Below are positions 57,137 through 64,000 of a stretch of DNA of 64,000 nucleotides, in pieces. The position numbers and the translations under genes are program-made. Source of the DNA: Octopus vulgaris (taxonomy: Eukaryota); NCBI GenBank assembly GCA_951406725.2, contig OX597828.1, positions 72,478,001 through 72,542,000 on the forward strand. Direction: 5' to 3'. Position 1 is the first letter of the stretch, and each line of letters opens with the position of its first letter. Under the pieces are notes generated by a model. The model worked only from the letters and a program-made list of their open reading frames with translations. It ran no database searches and was not told the origin of the DNA.

Positions 57137-57428
57137 TGGCATGCACTGCTCTCTCATTCAATAATATATATATATATATACACATACATCTTATTATTGA
57201 ATGAGAGAGCATTGGATGACACCAAATTGACACTGGGGTAAATATACGAAGCTCAGTATACCCATCATGACTGACTCTCTGATAAGGGTACACCGTGCAC
57301 ATGCACCACAACCATCTGTGCGTGACATGCTGATCTCATATCAAGATTCACAGTGCATGGCCTTGCAGGTGGGGCCCAGTTAGAATTTTCTTCAGGTCGA
57401 GAAGCCCATCCCGCTCAAAAGGTCCCTG
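57137..57428 (-). mobile_element. Family D copies tail-to-tail
   Basis: 57137-57165 is a plus-strand terminus and 57192-57428 is a minus-strand copy. Confidence 0.8.
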
Positions 57429-57544
57429 TATGCATGTATGTATGTATGTATGTATGTATGTATGTATGTATGTATGTATGTATGTATGTATGAATGTATG
57501 TATGTATGTTCTTCTCTTCCTCTTTTTTAATTTTAGAGGAAATT

Positions 57545-58400
57545 TGATTGCCCACTTTCTTGGTAGCAAGGCTGGCTGTGAAAGAAGGCAGCTTGTTTTA
57601 ATCATCATCCTTTAAATCTTAAGTAGGTCTTGCAGATTTTTATAGTCCAAGATATCCTGATCATTTGTGGTATATGAATCAGGTATTTGCATTCTCTCCC
57701 CAGGATCTCAAGTTCAGCCATACTCTGCCCCAGTAATAAGTATGAAGCTGAAAGTGTATCTTGGGTACTATATTTTCAAATTCCTTATCAATGGTCTTCA
57801 GATGTCCTTTTTCTCTTGTATTTTTTAAACCGCATTCGTGGTTTCCACAAGAGAACCTATTTCTTCTTTGTGATTTCACACAACGATACTTAGCCGGTTG
57901 TGTTTTAACTTGGAGGCTGTTTTGATCTTTAAGTTCCACCAATATTCTTTTGACCCATCGGTCTCAATATGGTCAACTGCATTTGTAGGTGTTTTTTTTT
58001 GTGATCATGTTCCAGGCCGTTCTGACCACCGCATTATGCCTCATGGAAAGATAATGTTTGGATAGTAATTCTCTCACATTTGGCAACAACATGGCTAATG
58101 TCTTTAGTACTGGATCTTGCACAGCCTACATTTGCTGCCTGTCAACGTTTAATGCTTTTTATGCCTTTAGGTACTTGATGGTGATCTTTTGTTCTTGGAT
58201 TGCACAGATGTAACCTTCAAAGTGGGATGTCATAAAATTGTCGATACTCCATGACAAGCTTTTGACATGATCACTCCATTCTACTATGGCTTGTATTTTA
58301 CGTGCCAAGTACCCACGCTCTATCTTCTCAGTGAAGTCGTCCATTTTTTAGTGTTCTGGTACATAGATTCTACCAACGCTTCTTGAGGAGAGTTCTGTAT
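57545..58400 (-). pseudogene. R4/Dong-like (RLE-type) non-LTR retrotransposon 3' ORF remnant
   Basis: Reads EGYICAIQEQKITIKYL, then the CCHC knuckle CRLC..ISHVVAKC..RHNAV, then EYWWNLKIKT..KHNRLSIVV (a degenerate restriction-like endonuclease PD motif), ending TIKICKTYLRF. Many frameshifts and stops. Confidence 0.8.
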
Positions 58401-59542
58401 TAGTTATCATTTCATACCTCTCCTCAAGTTCATTAGTCATCCTGATTATGTTGTTGGTTTGGTGATCACAAACTTGGGCAAGACACTTGACTCTTTCCTC
58501 TGCTGCAGATGTCGTTTCAGTGTCACTAACCGTACTTCAAAACACATCAATGCAGAAAGTATATCTCCACTGATTTGAAGTTTTCTGTAACATTGAGCAC
58601 CTTTCGAGTACTTACACGCATACATGTATGTATGTATGTATGTATGTATGTATGTATGTATGTATGTATGTATGTATGTATGTATGTATTTATGTTTGTA
58701 TGTACGTATGTGTGTATGTATGTATGAATAAGCAGTATATAAAATGAAACGGTTTTTATAAAGATAATTTAGAGTTTATATTCATCGATTCGTTATTTAC
58801 AAATGAAATAGCCATTCTCAAGTATCTAGAGGTCTTTGGAGTCCATCCATTAAGGCCCAATTCTTAATCCAACGTAATCCATGAGCCAGATGGAAATTTT
58901 AAACTGGGCGGCGGAGTAAGTTTATCACCTAAAAAATACTCCAAATAAACAGAAGCAAAAATAAGGAATTGTACTACTAACAGGCTTCCATACACTTTCC
59001 ATTTCTTAAATTTAGCCTCCACGGTATTGGTCGACCAAAAATTATGGTAAAAATGTCTTGTCTGTGGCGCTACGAAGTGGGATTGTTTTTGTAAAGGTAA
59101 GCATTCTTGAATATATCTTAATGCTATATTATTCAACTCTCGTCCCAGCGGGGAAGCTGTCATAATATAGCTATACATAGAAATATGAATGCAATATAGC
59201 AAATGTGTACACACACACACGCATGCACACATACACACACACATACACATACACGCATGCACACACACATACACTCACACACACACACGCACACACACGC
59301 ATGCACTCACACACACACACACACACACGCATACACAGACAGACAGACAGACACACACATACACATACAGATACACGCATGAACACACGCATGCATACGT
59401 ACATACACACGCACACGTATACACGCGTATTACTCCCTCTTTATATATACATATATATATATATATATATACACATTGATATATATATATATATACATAG
59501 ATACATACATACACATACATATGTTATTTATATGTTTGTATG

Positions 59543-59603
<61 letters not shown>

Positions 59604-59656
59604 TTATATGCATATCTATCTATATTTATATATGGCTATCTATACATACATACAGC

Positions 59657-59692
<36 letters not shown>

Positions 59693-60265
59693 GATAATTT
59701 ATAATGTATATATAAATACACATTCATAATATATATACTCACATACACTCACACACACGCGCGCACACACACGCACACACACGCACAAATACACACACGC
59801 GCGCACACACACTAGCGCGCTCGCGCTCATATTGTAACATTTGCAAATTTCCGACAGAGCTGCTTTGTGCTGTGTTGGCATTGATAAGCCGTATCATATT
59901 TATCATTATTTATCATGTTGATCACGATTTTCGTGTTCGATATAACTTCGTAATTTGTTTTTAGATTGTGAGGTGATACAATATAACGCCTCACCGAATC
60001 ATACAAAGTTGCTTCTGTTGCAATGAAACCGGAAAATATAGATCGGGCTTTTGTTGTAAGGGGGAGATAAGCAATCTCTCAAAACTGCTTTTAATATGCC
60101 AGAAGTTCGTCAGACACATCTGTGTAGAGCTCTTTATTGGGTACACATACTACGGTGTGTGGCTTTAGAGGGACGAAATAAGCGGCATCCATATTGATGT
60201 GGTATTTATTAAAGCGCACAAGACAAAGTCAGAAATAGAAAGAGTGTTCCTAATTTATCTTTTAA

Positions 60266-60392
60266 TCTTCTTCTTCTTCTTCTTCTTCTTCTTCTTCTTC
60301 TTCTTCTTCTTCTTCTTCTTCTTCTTCTTCTTCTTCTTCTTCTTCTTCTTCTTCTTCTTCTTCTTCTTCTTCTTCTTCTTCTTCTTCTTCTT
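60266..60392. repeat. (TTC)n microsatellite
   Basis: About 42 perfect units. Confidence 0.98.
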
Positions 60393-60467
60393 CCAGTCAT
60401 TCGATTGCGGTCATGCTGGATCACCGCCTTAAGAGATTAGTCCAGGGGTTCATTTTTTTTATATCAA

Positions 60468-60856
60468 CCGACCACATGGTTCCGGGTTCAGTCCCACTGC
60501 GTGGCATCTTGGGCAAGTGTCTTCTGCTATAGCCCCGGGCCGACCAATGCCTTGTGAGTGGATTTGGTAGACGGAAACTGAAAGAAGCCTGTCGTATATA
60601 TGTATATATATATAAGTGTGCGTGTATATGTTTGTGTGTCTGTGTTTGCCCCCCTAGCATTGCTTGACAACCGATGCTGTTGTGTTTACGTCCCCGTTAC
60701 TTAGCGGTTCGGCAAAAGAGACCGATAGAATAAGTACTGGGCTTACAAAAAATAAGTCCCGGGGTCGATTTGCTCGACTAAAGGCGGTGCTCCAGCATGG
60801 CCGCAGTCAAATGACTGAAACAAGTAAAAGAGTAAAAGAGTAAAAGAGTAAAGAGT
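60468..60856 (+). mobile_element. SINE family A, young copy lacking the A-box
   Basis: Nearly identical to 36975-37360. A diverged minus-strand copy lies at ~61190-61540. Confidence 0.92.
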
Positions 60857-61597
60857 ATAGACCCCTTGGATTATTATTTCATTCTGGTGGACCCTCAAAG
60901 CTATTCGATGTATTAAAGCTGGTTTATAGAAACGTTCTTCAAAATCTCTATTTTGTTAAACATACAGTATCTTGTGAAGGTTGGACTGTGTAAAATGTTC
61001 CAGAAAGAAATCAAGCTGTTTCCGGCTATTTACACCAATACAAACATCTGAAGCAAAATCTTTTCAGGGGCTCTCAAAATGCTATTGCGCATGTCCGACT
61101 TACAATTTTGTTGATGGATACCCCGCCCCGCACCCCCAAATCTTATATGGACCCTCAGGGACCATGAAACCCTCAGTTGAGAACCAATGATTTAGTCGAC
61201 CGAATAATTTTCTTTTTAAGCCTTGTAATTTTATTATCGGTCTGTATTGTCGAACGGCTGTATTACGGGAACACAAATAAACTAACACCGTTTGTCAGAC
61301 ACAAACGCAAGGATTCATGCACACACCCGCGCGCACACACACATACACACAAGCACGCACACACACACATACATGCACACACACACATATATATAAACGA
61401 GCGATTTATTTTAGTGTCCGTCTACTAAATCCATTGATAAGGTTTTGGTCGACCCAGGGCTATAATAGAAGATAGAAGATAGTGGGATTGAACCTAGAGC
61501 CATGCAGCTGAGAAGCAGACTTCTTATATCACATCCACCCCCAGGAGCAGTGACAGCATTTTTGTGGCGCAGAGGTGAGCCGATTACATCGATAATA

Positions 61598-62050
61598 GTA
61601 CGTTCTGAGTTCAAATTGCCTCTCATCCTTTCGGGGTCGATAAATTAAGTACCAGTTGCGTACTGGGGTGGATCTAATCGACTGGCACCCTCCCCCAAAA
61701 TTTTGGGCCTTGGTCTGGAGTAGAAAAGAATAGTATTTCTCTTTTACTCCAACTTAAAGATCACAGAATGATGAAAAGCGAAATTGATCTCAGCGGATTT
61801 GAAACTGGAATATAATGAGTCAGAAGAAATACAGCAACGAATTTTGTCCGACGCTCTAACGGTTCGGCCGATACACCACACTTAAAAAGATTTAATACAC
61901 GGCGTATCTCTGAGTTCAAAATCCGCCGAGGTCGACTTTACCTTTCATTCATTCAGGGTCGATAAATTAAGTACCAGTGAAACACTGGGATTAATACAAT
62001 CGACTAGTCCTCTCCCCCAAATTTCAAGCCCTATGCTTATAGTAGAAAGA
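61598..62050. mobile_element. Cluster of family B SINE fragments (+, -, +)
   Basis: Deu/Nin-like blocks at ~61620, ~61770 (inverted) and ~61930. Confidence 0.75.
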
Positions 62051-62324
62051 AATATTTTTTTGTACGTCCCGTGATGAAGAAGTTGAGCAGAAATATGGCC
62101 GTATGGTAAAGAAATTCACTTTGTAACTATGTTGTTTTAGGATCGATTCCATCTTGTGGAAGATTTTTTTGCAGAATTTTAAGGACATGAGTTTAGTGAA
62201 CAGGAATACTTGAGTATGATTTATTAAGGAAGTAAGGGTCCCAAATTGAATAATATTGAAAGTCAGGCATTGGGTACTCATTGTTACACACCATGTTCAA
62301 AGTGCTTGTGTAGGTATGTATGCA

Positions 62325-62360
<36 letters not shown>

Positions 62361-62578
62361 AATCATATATATATTATATATTTGCATATATATGTATATA
62401 TATATATATATAAACATATATAAAAATCACACTTATATATTATATATTTGTATATATATGCATATATATATACGCATATATATCATATACACATACGTCT
62501 GTGTATATTTATGTTTGTATATATATATATAGACATATATACACGCATATATATATGATATACACATATATTTATATC

Positions 62579-62630
<52 letters not shown>

Positions 62631-62661
62631 CTTTCCCCCTGTCTGTTTGTCTCTCTCTCTG

Positions 62662-62789
<128 letters not shown>

Positions 62790-63199
62790 GTTCTTACTGA
62801 ATCCTTCTTCTTCTATTTTGCAACACTTGTTATCGTAGCGTGACATATTTTCGTTTCCACGAACATTTCATCGGCAGAAAGGAAACTCTCAAGATTTTGA
62901 CGTCGATCGTTGTATTTCGGGCGTCACCTCTGCTACCTTCTCCCATCCCAGTATTATGTCGAACCCAACGAGTAAACACTCTTATCTACGAACACATGGA
63001 GGCCATATCGTGCTGCGCTGCCAATCGCAATGTAGTGCACAGCGCGTAATTATCATTTTCATCATCATCATCATCATCATCATAATCGTCATTATTATTG
63101 TTGATGTTGTTGTTGTTATTGTTGTTGTTGTCGTTCTTGTTCTTGTCGTTGCTGCTGCTGTTCCTCCTACTACTTATTGTTATAATAATAACAATGATT

Positions 63200-64000
<801 letters not shown>

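Overview
This is AT-rich, microsatellite-saturated eukaryotic DNA. Its SINE complement resembles that of coleoid cephalopods such as Octopus (inference). I cannot support any intact protein-coding gene: almost every ORF in the track is a translation of (TA)n, (TATG)n, (CA)n, (TCTA)n or (TAA)n. Recognisable content: three tRNA-derived SINE families (CORE-like, Deu/Nin-like, Meta-like); a TAA-tailed retroposon 3' end; non-autonomous Helitrons; Tc1/mariner, pogo and hAT MITEs; a decayed mariner transposase; an internally deleted Gypsy LTR element; and CR1, RTE and R4/Dong LINE fragments. The main unexplained signal is a set of type I hammerhead ribozyme (HHR) motifs. Six are good or near-good and several more are decayed or half copies. 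They lie in unrelated, short non-coding repeats mostly embedded in TA tracts, and have the very short, mostly palindromic stem III typical of Penelope-like elements. One sits in a 539-bp ORF-less unit with a 39-bp terminal redundancy (retrozyme-like or circular-RNA-like). Several related copies fold back on themselves at the ribozyme. There are also several long inverted repeats, including a 124-bp hairpin whose only mismatches are G-U wobbles. All calls are by eye, and repeat boundaries are approximate.
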